Positions 18,996 through 28,557 of a stretch of DNA of 64,000 bases are shown here, in pieces. Below the pieces are notes generated by a model. It did not search any database. It had not been told where the DNA came from and was given only the letters and a program-made list of their open reading frames with translations. How positions within the stretch are numbered: the first letter of the stretch is position 1; each line of letters begins with the position of its first letter. A program made the translations under genes and the position numbers. The stretch is taken from contig DASWOH010000157.1 in the NCBI GenBank assembly GCA_036398815.1, positions 7,072-71,071 on the forward strand, given 5' to 3'. This DNA comes from Rhizobium sp. Its GTDB lineage: Bacteria > Pseudomonadota > Alphaproteobacteria > Rhizobiales > Rhizobiaceae.

Positions 18996-20248
18996 GCATC
19001 TCCTTGGTTGATTGAAAGACCCGATTGCTCGAGCAGAATATCGAGAAGAACAGTCGCTCCGGCGGCCACGTGGCTGGGTTCAGCCCATTCGTCGGGATGG
19101 TGACTGATCCCGTCGCGGCAGGGAATGAAGATCATCGCGCTCGGCGCAAGCCCGGCAATATGGCGCGCATCGTGACCGGCGGCAGACAGCAGATCGAGCG
19201 CCGGATAGACGTGGCGCGCGGCGGAGCGGCGGATCGCCTCCCGCAGATTGGGATCGAAACTGTTGGACGGCGCATCGACGAGATGCTTGATGTCAAGGCC
19301 GCAGGGTGCAGCCTTATCGGCGAGGGCTGCTTCCAGCCGCTTGCCGAAGAGGTCGAGCTTGGCATTGTCGGGATGGCGCAGGTCGATACGGAAGCGAACG
19401 CAAGCCGGCACGACGGACGGCGCGTTCGGCTCCACCTCCAGGCGGCCGATGGTGAACCTGACGTCATCGTCGCCGGCGACGGCCGCCTGCATCGCAAGCG
19501 CCACGCGGGCAAAAGCCTGCAGTGCATCCTGGCGACGCTCCATCGGTTCGGTGCCGGCATGGGCTTCCCGCCCGATCAGCGTCATCTCGTAGGTCTTCTT
19601 GCCCTGGATGCCCGTCACGATGCCGATTACGGCGCCGGTCTGCTCCAGAAAGTCGGCCTGTTCGATATGGGGCTCGATATAGGCATGGATCGGAAAGCCG
19701 ATAGCCTGCGGCACAAGCTCCGGAAAGGCGCCATGGACACCCGCAAGCGCCTTGCCGACGCTGATGCCCTCGCCATCCTTAACGGCCATCACCTCATCGA
19801 AAGGCCGCTTGCCTGCAAAAAGCTCGGAGCCCATCATGCCCGGCGCGAAGCGGCTGCCTTCCTCGTTCATCCAGGCGACCACCACGATTGATCGCGCAGG
19901 TGCAAGTCCGGATTCAGCAATTGCAGTCACCGCCTCGAGGGCTGCAAGCGTGCCGAACGCCCCATCAAAAAGACCGCCCGTCGGCTGGCTGTCGATGTGA
20001 CTGCCGGCGACGACGGGCGCAAGGTGAGGAGACGTACCGCGCAGGGTGAGGAAAAGATTGCCGGCCGCATCTGTCGAAGCGACGAGTCCGGCCTCCGCGC
20101 CCCAAGCGATGATGCGGCGCCAGGCCAGGATTTCTTCGGCCGAAAGCGCCTGGCGATTGACACCCTTTTCTGGCAGGGCGCCATCTTCGCCGAGCGCCAT
20201 CAGTCGCGCCCAGAGCCTGTCTGCGGAGATCTTGGGGGCGCCGACCAT
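18992..20248 (-). CDS. M20 Zn amidohydrolase (N-carbamoyl-amino-acid/allantoate amidohydrolase family)
   Basis: GSHIDSQPTGGLFDG, NEEGSRF, YIEPHIEQ, AHAGT, SAAGHDA, GISHHPDE. Confidence 0.92.
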   Translation of the reverse strand: MVGAPKISADRLWARLMALGEDGALPEKGVNRQALSAEEILAWRRIIAWGAEAGLVASTDAAGNLFLTLRGTSPHLAPVVAGSHIDSQPTGGLFDGAFGTLAALEAVTAIAESGLAPARSIVVVAWMNEEGSRFAPGMMGSELFAGKRPFDEVMAVKDGEGISVGKALAGVHGAFPELVPQAIGFPIHAYIEPHIEQADFLEQTGAVIGIVTGIQGKKTYEMTLIGREAHAGTEPMERRQDALQAFARVALAMQAAVAGDDDVRFTIGRLEVEPNAPSVVPACVRFRIDLRHPDNAKLDLFGKRLEAALADKAAPCGLDIKHLVDAPSNSFDPNLREAIRRSAARHVYPALDLLSAAGHDARHIAGLAPSAMIFIPCRDGISHHPDEWAEPSHVAAGATVLLDILLEQSGLSINQGDA

Positions 20249-20252
20249 CGGG

Positions 20253-21131
20253 TTACTCCGTCCGCATGACCTGACCAGGATCGGCGCGCGGATCGCGCAT
20301 CTTCCAGGCACCTTGTTCGACCTGGGCGATGAAATCCGACACCATGGCATTGAACAGCGCCGGCTCTTCGAGGTTCAGCGTGTGGCCGGTCTTCGGCAGG
20401 ATCGCTAGGCCGCAGGCCGGAAGCATCTTCTTCAGATAGATCGACGGCTGCAGGCAATGATCATCCTCGTCGCCGGTCATGACCAGCGCCGGAACCATCA
20501 TCTGCTTCAGCTCCTCTTCGAGATCCCAGAAGGACGGACGGCGGCACTGCACGCCGCGCATCGTGTTAGCGGCACCGACAGCGGAATGGTGCGACAGCCG
20601 TTCGGCGAATGCCGCCCAGCCCCGCGGGTCCTTGTTCTGGAACTGGACACGGCTGGCGCCAAGCGAATAGATCTTCGAGAAGGCGACCGGGGCCTTCTCG
20701 AAATTGTCGGCAACCTTCAGCGAGGTGTTGCGGAAGTAGTCTGCCGTTTCCCGCTCCGTGCCGTAGCCTGCGCCGGCGATCGTCAGCGACAGCGCCCGCT
20801 CGGGAAAACGCAGGCCGAAATGCAGCGTCGCAAAGCCGCCCATCGACAGGCCGACGATATGCGCTTTCTCGATGCCGAGCGCATCGAGAATGGCCACCGC
20901 GTCTTCGGCAGCGATCGCCTGCGAATATTTCTCGACATCGTCAGGAATATCGGAGGGCGCATAGCCGCGCGCCGCATAGGTGATGCAGCGGTGACGGCGG
21001 GCAAAGAAGCTCATCTGCGGTTCCCACGCATCGTAGTTGCCGCCGAATTCGTGGATGAACAGGATCGGCGTGCCGTCCTCACCCGCTGTTTCGTAGTAAA
21101 GCTTCGTTCCATCCTTGGCGGTGGCAAACAT
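20253..21131 (-). CDS. Alpha/beta-fold hydrolase
   Basis: HEFGG, GLSMGG nucleophile elbow, GDEDD, GHTLNLEEP. Confidence 0.92.
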   Translation of the reverse strand: MFATAKDGTKLYYETAGEDGTPILFIHEFGGNYDAWEPQMSFFARRHRCITYAARGYAPSDIPDDVEKYSQAIAAEDAVAILDALGIEKAHIVGLSMGGFATLHFGLRFPERALSLTIAGAGYGTERETADYFRNTSLKVADNFEKAPVAFSKIYSLGASRVQFQNKDPRGWAAFAERLSHHSAVGAANTMRGVQCRRPSFWDLEEELKQMMVPALVMTGDEDDHCLQPSIYLKKMLPACGLAILPKTGHTLNLEEPALFNAMVSDFIAQVEQGAWKMRDPRADPGQVMRTE

Positions 21132-21172
21132 TGAGAGCCTCTTTGCGTCGTCTGATAGATGGTTGTCCGGCC

Positions 21173-22303
21173 CTAAAACAGGGCCGGCACGTCGTTGAGG
21201 GTACGTGCGGTTTCGATGTAGCGCGGCAGCCCTTCACAGAAGCGCTCCGCCCAGGCGCCGGGCACGGACGTCGAGACCTTGATGAAGCGGTCGCCGAAGA
21301 TCGCCGTATGATAGCGGCCCTGACGGATCATCACACCTTCGCGGCGTGCCGCCTCGACGATCGCTTCCGGCGAGACACCGGTCGATGCCGTTTCGAGCAC
21401 GAGGAAGTTCCCGTGCGACACTGGGATTGGAACAGAAAGACCAGCGGCCTTGGCAGCTTCGATGATCATCGCCTTGTTGGCACGGTCGATCGCCCGCACA
21501 TCCCGCATCCATTCCGCCTTCACGGACAGACCCGCCATGGCGGCGCGCTGCGCGACAACCGATGCGCCGAGAACGGAGGTGGAAACCGACGAGAACTCGT
21601 CGATCAGGCCGGGTTCGGCAGCCAGTGCGCCTATGCGCATGCCGGCAAGACCCAGCCACTTCGAGAAGCTCAGCGAGACGACCGTACCCTCGGGCGCCAC
21701 CTGCAGCACAGGCGTATGGCCATCGGCGAAATCGCGATAGGTGCAATCGTGGATCATCAGCGCGCCGACCGAGCGGGCGATCTCGGCAAAGGCCTCGATC
21801 TCCTCGCGCTCGTAGCGGATGCCGAGCGGATTGTTCGGATCGACGATGTAGATGATCGCGCAACGCCCATCGACGGTGGCCTTCAGGGCTTCTGGCGTCA
21901 GCTTGTAATTGGTCGCCGGATCGTAAATCGGGATCTGGATGACAGTCGCGCCGGCCTGTTCGGCAAAGAGACACGGCCATTTCCAGGTCGGATCGGTGGT
22001 GACCAGCGTCGTGCCGGGCTTGGCGCGCGCCTTGCAGACCATGGCGAGCGCATTGACGCCGCCCTCGGTGACGAGGGCGTCGGCGGAGGCCACGCCAAGG
22101 TCGGAGACGATGGTGGTGCGCAGCGCCTCGAAACCCATTGGCGGGGCATAGGCATTGAATTCGCCGGCCTCGACCGAACGGACCATTGCCTCCGTCACGG
22201 CCGGATGGGCCGGGACGTGATTGGTATTCTGACCCATCCATGCCAGATCCGGCGTCGAGAACAGGTCGTCGAAATAGCGGTTGCGAGTACGAGCGTCGGC
22301 CAT
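21173..22303 (-). CDS. PLP-dependent aminotransferase class I/II
   Basis: DPNNPLG, HDCTY, SFSKWLGLAGMRIG. Confidence 0.92.
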   Translation of the reverse strand: MADARTRNRYFDDLFSTPDLAWMGQNTNHVPAHPAVTEAMVRSVEAGEFNAYAPPMGFEALRTTIVSDLGVASADALVTEGGVNALAMVCKARAKPGTTLVTTDPTWKWPCLFAEQAGATVIQIPIYDPATNYKLTPEALKATVDGRCAIIYIVDPNNPLGIRYEREEIEAFAEIARSVGALMIHDCTYRDFADGHTPVLQVAPEGTVVSLSFSKWLGLAGMRIGALAAEPGLIDEFSSVSTSVLGASVVAQRAAMAGLSVKAEWMRDVRAIDRANKAMIIEAAKAAGLSVPIPVSHGNFLVLETASTGVSPEAIVEAARREGVMIRQGRYHTAIFGDRFIKVSTSVPGAWAERFCEGLPRYIETARTLNDVPALF

Positions 22304-22308
22304 GGCGA

Positions 22309-23085
22309 TCAGATCACCGAGCCGCGCGCGGCGATGCCGCCGTCGATCGTGACGATGGTGCCGCTGATATAGCCGGCCTTCGGCGATGCCAGGAAGGCAC
22401 AGAGATCGGCGACCTCTTCGGCCGTTGCCGGACGCTTGCCCGGATATTTGTCGTAAAGCTCTTCCCAGCGCGACTCGTCGCCAAGCATGTCGATCGCCTT
22501 GCGCTTCATGATCTTGAACATGCGCGGGGTATCGACCGGGCCAGGATTAATGCCGACGACGCGGATGCCCTCATCCATGCTGCGACCACCGAGCGCCTTG
22601 GTGAAGCTCATCAGCGAGGCATTGCCTGTGGAACCTGCGAAATAGGCCGCATCCCAGTTCTCACCGGAATTGCCGATGACGTTGATGATGACGCCGCCCT
22701 TGCCCTTGCGGCGCGTCCAGAACTCGCGCGACAGGGTGATATAGCCGAAGACCTTGAGATCGAAGCCACGACGGATCGCCTCATCGGTGACGTCCTCGAT
22801 CGATCCCGCCGGGATATCGCCGGCATTGTTGATGAGGATGTCATAATCGCCGCAGGCCTTGTCTAGTGCGACCATTGCTTCCGTGGTGCTGAGGTCGGCT
22901 TCGTGCACGCTCACCTCGACCGGATACTGGGTCAATTCTGCCTTGAGTTGCTGCATCGCCGCGCCATTGCGCGCCGCGAGATGCAGATGGCACCCCTCGG
23001 CTGCAAGCACCTTGGCGGTCGCATGACCGATGCCCTGGGACGCGCCCGTAATCAGCGCCGTCTTCCCCTTAAGATTGAGATCCAC
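22309..23085 (-). CDS. SDR-family oxidoreductase (atypical active site)
   Basis: TGASQGIG, NNAG, NPGPVDT, IDGG; YFAGS in place of YxxxK; GTG start after GGAG. Confidence 0.9.
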   Translation of the reverse strand: MDLNLKGKTALITGASQGIGHATAKVLAAEGCHLHLAARNGAAMQQLKAELTQYPVEVSVHEADLSTTEAMVALDKACGDYDILINNAGDIPAGSIEDVTDEAIRRGFDLKVFGYITLSREFWTRRKGKGGVIINVIGNSGENWDAAYFAGSTGNASLMSFTKALGGRSMDEGIRVVGINPGPVDTPRMFKIMKRKAIDMLGDESRWEELYDKYPGKRPATAEEVADLCAFLASPKAGYISGTIVTIDGGIAARGSVI

Positions 23086-23099
23086 CTGCAACTCCTTAA

Positions 23100-23326
23100 T
23101 GAATACTTTTATGAGTTATTTGCATACGTAATTTTAGGTCTCTGTCTATGCGAAATCGTCCATCATATGAAATTTTTTTCTGATATTATGCATTATAGTA
23201 AAAATTATACCTCAGTATGCCGTTATTTTTTGCAGGATCGATAGGCATTTGCATAATTTATATTCATAATTCAAGCAACAATCAAAAAATGTCATAATGT
23301 ATACGTTTGACGATTGCGTGAATACG
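23100..23326. promoter_or_regulatory. AT-rich divergent promoter region with two TGNATAC operator pairs
   Basis: TGAATACT 23100/TGCATACG 23121 and TGTATACG 23298/TGAATACG 23319, each pair 21 bp apart; TTGAC lies between the second pair. Confidence 0.65.
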
Positions 23327-23399
23327 AAAATGACGCCACTGTGCTGCCCTGTGACGGGGTCGATTGGCGACCGTACAAGACGAAAAGATGGAAGACGCA

Positions 23400-24482
23400 A
23401 TGGCAGACGTGGCCCTGAAGGCGGTCTCGAAGATCTACGAGACCGCTGAAGCCAATACGATCGAGAACCTCAACCTAGACATAAAGAGCGGCGAATTCGT
23501 CGTCCTGGTCGGCCCTTCCGGCTGCGGCAAATCGACGACGTTACGCATGGTGGCTGGGCTGGAAGAATTGACGGACGGCGAGATCTGGATCGGCGGTCGC
23601 CGCATCGATGGCCTCGACCCACGCGAGCGCAACATCGCGATGGTGTTCCAGAACTATGCTCTCTATCCGCACATGACCGTGGCGCAGAACATGAGCTTCG
23701 GACTGAAGCTTTCCGGCATGGACAAGGCCGAGGTCCGCCGGCGCGTGGAAGACGCGGCCGGGATCCTTGACATTGCCGCGCTTCTCGACCGTCGCCCCAA
23801 GCAGCTGTCCGGTGGTCAGCGCCAGCGCGTTGCCATGGGGCGCGCCATGGTGCGCAATCCGGCGGTCTTCCTGTTCGACGAACCGCTCTCCAATCTCGAT
23901 GCCAAGCTCCGCGGTCAGATGCGCACGGAGATCCGCCGACTCCACAAGCGCCTACAAGCAACCACCCTTTACGTGACGCATGACCAGGTGGAGGCGATGA
24001 CGCTTGCCGATCGCGTCATCGTGCTCAACAAGGGCGTGATCGAACAGCAGGGCACACCCCAGGATGTTTACGAGCGGCCCGCAACGCGTTTCGTCGCGGG
24101 CTTCATCGGCAGTCCTTCCATGAATCTCCTCAATGCTAGAGTCGAGGTCAGGGACGACAGGCCGGTACTTGTGATCGGCAACCAGCATCTCGGCGTTCCG
24201 GATGCTCGCCGTTCAGCGGTGCTTCCCTACATCGGCAAGACGGTCGATGTAGGGCTGCGCCCCGAGCATTTTTCAGTCGGCGGTAAAAACGCGTTTTCCG
24301 TGCTGGTTGATATGGCCGAACTACTCGGTCCCAGCATTCTCATCCATTTCAACCTCGCGGGAACAGTCTGTTCCGCCATGGTGCCACCAAGCCTCGCTGC
24401 ACGCGAAGGCAATCTCCAGCAATTGACCATTGCGACCGACCAGATGTCACTTTTCGATCCGGATACCGGCCGCGCGATTTAA
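23400..24482 (+). CDS. CUT1 (MalK/UgpC-like) ABC ATPase
   Basis: GPSGCGKSTTLR, VFQNYALYPHM, LSGGQRQR, DEPLSNLDAKLR. Confidence 0.95.
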   Translation: MADVALKAVSKIYETAEANTIENLNLDIKSGEFVVLVGPSGCGKSTTLRMVAGLEELTDGEIWIGGRRIDGLDPRERNIAMVFQNYALYPHMTVAQNMSFGLKLSGMDKAEVRRRVEDAAGILDIAALLDRRPKQLSGGQRQRVAMGRAMVRNPAVFLFDEPLSNLDAKLRGQMRTEIRRLHKRLQATTLYVTHDQVEAMTLADRVIVLNKGVIEQQGTPQDVYERPATRFVAGFIGSPSMNLLNARVEVRDDRPVLVIGNQHLGVPDARRSAVLPYIGKTVDVGLRPEHFSVGGKNAFSVLVDMAELLGPSILIHFNLAGTVCSAMVPPSLAAREGNLQQLTIATDQMSLFDPDTGRAI

Positions 24483-24535
24483 AGCCGCCGGATGACCAAA
24501 GTGCCTGCAAGACAAAGAACGACGGAGAACAGCGA

Positions 24536-25840
24536 ATGAAAGCCAGACATCTTCTTTTTGCCGGACTGTTGAGCGCTACAGCGCTTTGCGGCACTGGCGC
24601 CCTTGCGCAGGATACGGTTGCCTGCACCGGCGAGACTGTTACGCTGCGTATTCTGCGCACGCCCGGCAACTACCCCTATCCGGCGCCGATGGAAGCCTGG
24701 CAGAAAGACCACCCGTGCGTCAAATTCGAGATCAACGAAGTTCCCTTCGCGCAGTTGGCGGACACGATCTCGGTTCAGGCGGCAAGCTCCAATCCGCCTG
24801 ATATTCTCGTCTATGACGGCCCCAACACCCAGTCTTATGCCGCAGCCGGCATCCTTCTGCCGATCACCAAGTATCTTCCAAAGGGCTGGGAGGAGGATAT
24901 CCTACCGGCGACCAAGGTGGAACACAGCTACAATGGCGAAGTCTATTCGCCTGGTATCGAGCAGACCACCGTTGCCATGTATTACAACAAGAAGCTCGTT
25001 GAAGCCGCCGGCATAAAGCCGCCGCAAACGCTGGAGGATTCCTGGACCTGGCCGCGGGCTCTCGAAGCATTCAAGAAATGCCAGCAGGGTCCCGCCGGCT
25101 CGCCGACCGTTTGGGGCCTTGGCCCGACCCGCTTCGGTAACGGCCAGCCCGGCCTCGTCTATCAGGACCTGATCTATCAACGTTCCGCCGGCGATCCGAA
25201 GGCAGATCCGTCGAGCTCCGCCTACAAGACCTTCTGGGCGCTGTCGCCCGATGGCAGGTCCGTTGAAGGCTACCTGAACACGCCGGAAGCGATCGAAGCC
25301 CTCAAGTTCTACGGCTCTCTCTTCAATTCCGAAGGCGTCGCGCCAAAGGTCGGCATTCCGAACGCCTTCTTCGACGGCAAAGCCTGTTTCTACATCGATA
25401 CGCCGGCAGCTGGCAGCGCGCTTCTGAAGGATCCGAAGATCGAATGGGGCATCACACCCATTCCGCACTTCAAGACTCCTATCGTCCATACCGGCTCGAC
25501 GACCATCGGGGTGACAGCGCGCTCCAAGCATCCGGACATCGCCGCACAGTTCGTGATCGACATGTCTTGGGGCGAATATGCCTATATGAACGTCAGCCAG
25601 CGCGGCAACCTCCCGACGCTGAAGAGCCTGTTCTCGCGCTTCCCCGTCTACAAGGACTATCCGATGAAGATCTTCGTGGACGAGCTTCAGGAATGGGGCC
25701 AGCCACGTCCTCCGGGTCCGAAGTTTGCCCAGTACGACAAGCTGGTCACAGACGCGCTTCGCGGCGTCGCCTTCGGCGGAGATCCGACGCAGCTGATGTC
25801 GGATGCCGAAAAGAAAGTTCAGCGCATCCTGGACCGATAA
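24536..25840 (+). CDS. CUT1 ABC substrate-binding protein
   Basis: Signal peptide, PPDI, MYYNKKL..AGIKPP..W. Confidence 0.88.
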   Translation: MKARHLLFAGLLSATALCGTGALAQDTVACTGETVTLRILRTPGNYPYPAPMEAWQKDHPCVKFEINEVPFAQLADTISVQAASSNPPDILVYDGPNTQSYAAAGILLPITKYLPKGWEEDILPATKVEHSYNGEVYSPGIEQTTVAMYYNKKLVEAAGIKPPQTLEDSWTWPRALEAFKKCQQGPAGSPTVWGLGPTRFGNGQPGLVYQDLIYQRSAGDPKADPSSSAYKTFWALSPDGRSVEGYLNTPEAIEALKFYGSLFNSEGVAPKVGIPNAFFDGKACFYIDTPAAGSALLKDPKIEWGITPIPHFKTPIVHTGSTTIGVTARSKHPDIAAQFVIDMSWGEYAYMNVSQRGNLPTLKSLFSRFPVYKDYPMKIFVDELQEWGQPRPPGPKFAQYDKLVTDALRGVAFGGDPTQLMSDAEKKVQRILDR

Positions 25841-25858
25841 GCAATCGTGGACGCAAGC

Positions 25859-26803
25859 ATGTCAGCCTCAGATACAAACCAATCCGCTTCTTCAAATCGA
25901 CTGTCGGAGCGGCGAAGGCCCGCGACCCGGCGCCAGAAGCGGGACCGGCTCTTTGCGGCTGGTTTCCTCGCGCCCTTCATGATCCTGCTGCTGGTCTTCC
26001 AGTATGTGCCTCTGCTGCTGATGGCCCGCAACAGCGTCTTTGACTACAGCCTGCTCAATCCAGCGGCAGAGAAATTCGTCGGATTGCGCAATTTCACCGA
26101 CATGATTGAATATGAGGATGCCGGAACCAGTTTCGGCATCACTTTCCTCTTCGCTCTGGGCGTCGTCGTCTTCGTCATTCCGATCGCCTTTTCGTTGGCA
26201 CTGTTTCTGAATTCCAAGCTTCCCACTCGAGGACTCGTGCGCACCATGATCATGCTGCCGGTGGTCACCTCGACCGTCGTCGTCGCAACCATGTGGTCCT
26301 TCCTGCTCGATCCGTCCAACGGCCTGATCAACGGCGTGCTGAACATCGTCGGAATCGGCAACCAGCCCTTCCTGACCTCGACTTCACAGGCTCTGCCGGC
26401 ATTGATCGCCCTGACACTGTGGCAGCAGGTGGGCTTCGGAGCCATCCTGTTTCTCGCCGGCCTTCAGGGTCTGCCCGGAGATCTGACGGAGGCGGCCCGC
26501 ATCGATGGCGCGACACGCCGGCAGGTGCTTTGGAACATTACAATTCCGCTCTTGTCGCGCACGACGCTGTTCGTCGTCGTCATCATGACGGTGTTTTCGC
26601 TTCAGGCCTTCGCGCCGGCCTTCCTGATGACCCAAGGCGGGCCGCAGGAGGCCACCAACCTCATTGTCTACCACATCTACAACACCGCCTTCATCATGCA
26701 GCAGGCAGGCTACGCCTCGGCGCTCTCCGTTGCACTGCTCCTCACCGTACTCGTCATCTCGATGATCCAGATGGCGCTGCTACGCTCCAGATGGAACTAC
26801 TGA
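25859..26803 (+). CDS. CUT1 ABC permease
   Basis: FVGLRNF, FLAGLQGLP, EAARIDGA. Confidence 0.93.
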   Translation: MSASDTNQSASSNRLSERRRPATRRQKRDRLFAAGFLAPFMILLLVFQYVPLLLMARNSVFDYSLLNPAAEKFVGLRNFTDMIEYEDAGTSFGITFLFALGVVVFVIPIAFSLALFLNSKLPTRGLVRTMIMLPVVTSTVVVATMWSFLLDPSNGLINGVLNIVGIGNQPFLTSTSQALPALIALTLWQQVGFGAILFLAGLQGLPGDLTEAARIDGATRRQVLWNITIPLLSRTTLFVVVIMTVFSLQAFAPAFLMTQGGPQEATNLIVYHIYNTAFIMQQAGYASALSVALLLTVLVISMIQMALLRSRWNY

Positions 26804-26804
26804 C

Positions 26805-27650
26805 ATGAAGACAATCGACATTCGGCGTGGCGCCACCGTCAGCGCGATCATCCTCATCATTGTCTGCTGCTTCTTGGCGCCTTATGCCTGGATCGTCTCA
26901 TCCTCCTTCAAGAGCCAGCTCACACTGTTCGGCGACGTGACGCCGCTGTCCTGGCGCGCTTTCTTTCCGGTGCACGGCACGATCGAGAATTACCAGACTC
27001 TGTTTGCACGCACGAATGTCTTGTCCGCACTGTTGAATACGGCGATCGTCGCCGGGGGCCAGGTGCTGTTCACGCTTCTTCTCTGCTCGATGGCCGCCTA
27101 CGCGCTGACCCGCATCAGTTTTCCCGGCGCCAAGCTTGTCTTCGGCTTGATCCTCATCACCTTCCTGCTCCCCATCGAGGCACTCATGGTGCCGCTCTAC
27201 CAAGTGGTTTCGGGTCTAGGTCTTTCGAATACTCTGCTTGGCGTCATGATTCCTTGGGTCGCCAGCCCCTTCGGCCTTTTCCTCCTCAAGCAGGCGTTTG
27301 AAGAGCTTCCAGTCGAACTTGAGGATGCCGCCAGAATCGATGGCGCGGGCCACGCCCGGATCTTCTGGTCGATCGTGCTTCCAAATGTGAAGGTACCGAT
27401 GTTAACCCTTGGCCTCATCACCTTCCTGTTCTCCTGGAACAGCTTCCTGTGGCCGCTCGTTATCGTTCAGGATCCTGCCCGCCAAGTGATCCAGGTCGCG
27501 ATCGCCCAGCAGGGCTCTCCGACGCAGCTACCGAATTGGGGCGAGACCTTCGCTGGCGCGACAGTCGCGACCCTGCCGCTGATCATCCTCTTCCTGCTGC
27601 TCCAAAAATACTTCACCCAAGGCATGGCCACGAGCGGCATCAAGGGCTGA
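26805..27650 (+). CDS. CUT1 ABC permease
   Basis: ELEDAARIDGA, WNSFLWP, GIKG terminus. Confidence 0.93.
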   Translation: MKTIDIRRGATVSAIILIIVCCFLAPYAWIVSSSFKSQLTLFGDVTPLSWRAFFPVHGTIENYQTLFARTNVLSALLNTAIVAGGQVLFTLLLCSMAAYALTRISFPGAKLVFGLILITFLLPIEALMVPLYQVVSGLGLSNTLLGVMIPWVASPFGLFLLKQAFEELPVELEDAARIDGAGHARIFWSIVLPNVKVPMLTLGLITFLFSWNSFLWPLVIVQDPARQVIQVAIAQQGSPTQLPNWGETFAGATVATLPLIILFLLLQKYFTQGMATSGIKG

Positions 27651-27651
27651 G

Positions 27652-28485
27652 ATGAACGGCGAAACAATGATGACTAAAAGTTTGACAAGGCTCGATGCAC
27701 CTTTTGGCGGCCAAATCGGTTACCGGATCGAAGGTAATGCGGGATCCTGGCTCGTGCTCGTCCACGGCTGGTGTGGAAGTGCAAATCACTGGGACTTGAT
27801 CGCACCGAAGCTTGCCCGCGACCACCAGATCCTGATTGTCTCGCACCCTGGCTTCGGCGGCATGGCGGAGCCCCCGGCGACCGGACAGACAATCAGGGCG
27901 ATGGGCGCTGCTGTCGCGCATATCCTAGACCATCTCGACATAAAAGGCTCAATCTTGATCGGACACTCGATGGGCGGACCGATCTCGACGGAAATCGCGA
28001 TTGCTGCACCGAACCGCGTTGCGGGCTTGATCGGCCTGGATACGCTATCGGATCGCGACTATTACGGCCGCGTGCCGGACGAAGAGATTAGAACGCGGCA
28101 CGACGACTTCGCACCCGATTATCATGGCAACATGCGGCGCATGGTTGACAACATTGTCCATCCCACGACCTCGCCTGCGATGCGGGCATTGCTGACGGAA
28201 GGAATGATCGCTGCGGCCCGTCCGGACTTTGCGCTCGACGTCAAGGACGATCTGTTCCTTTGGAATGCGGAAGATCGCTGGCCGCTGGTCAAATGCCCGA
28301 AGATATTGCTCAACTCTCCCCATGTGGCGCGCCTGGCCCACCCTGATCCGATGCCTTGTTTTGCAGAGACTTCAATCGAAACCTATGAATCCGGACATTT
28401 TCCGATGATCGAGGCACCAGCTCTGATTGTGGAAAAGCTTAGGACATGTATCGCCAAGCTGGCATCCGCGCGCAACAGAGATTGA
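27652..28485 (+). CDS. Alpha/beta-fold hydrolase
   Basis: VHGW, GHSMGG, GHFPMIEAP. Confidence 0.88.
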   Translation: MNGETMMTKSLTRLDAPFGGQIGYRIEGNAGSWLVLVHGWCGSANHWDLIAPKLARDHQILIVSHPGFGGMAEPPATGQTIRAMGAAVAHILDHLDIKGSILIGHSMGGPISTEIAIAAPNRVAGLIGLDTLSDRDYYGRVPDEEIRTRHDDFAPDYHGNMRRMVDNIVHPTTSPAMRALLTEGMIAAARPDFALDVKDDLFLWNAEDRWPLVKCPKILLNSPHVARLAHPDPMPCFAETSIETYESGHFPMIEAPALIVEKLRTCIAKLASARNRD

Positions 28486-28511
28486 ATACAGAGATCAACA
28501 AATTGTATAAG
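28483..28511. promoter_or_regulatory. Candidate GntR autoregulatory operator pair
   Basis: TGAATACA 28483 and TGTATAAG 28504, 21 bp apart, just upstream of gntR. Confidence 0.55.
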
Positions 28512-28557
28512 CAACCAGCGAATCCGATAGGGAATTCGCCGGAAGGTAGGGTTCGCC

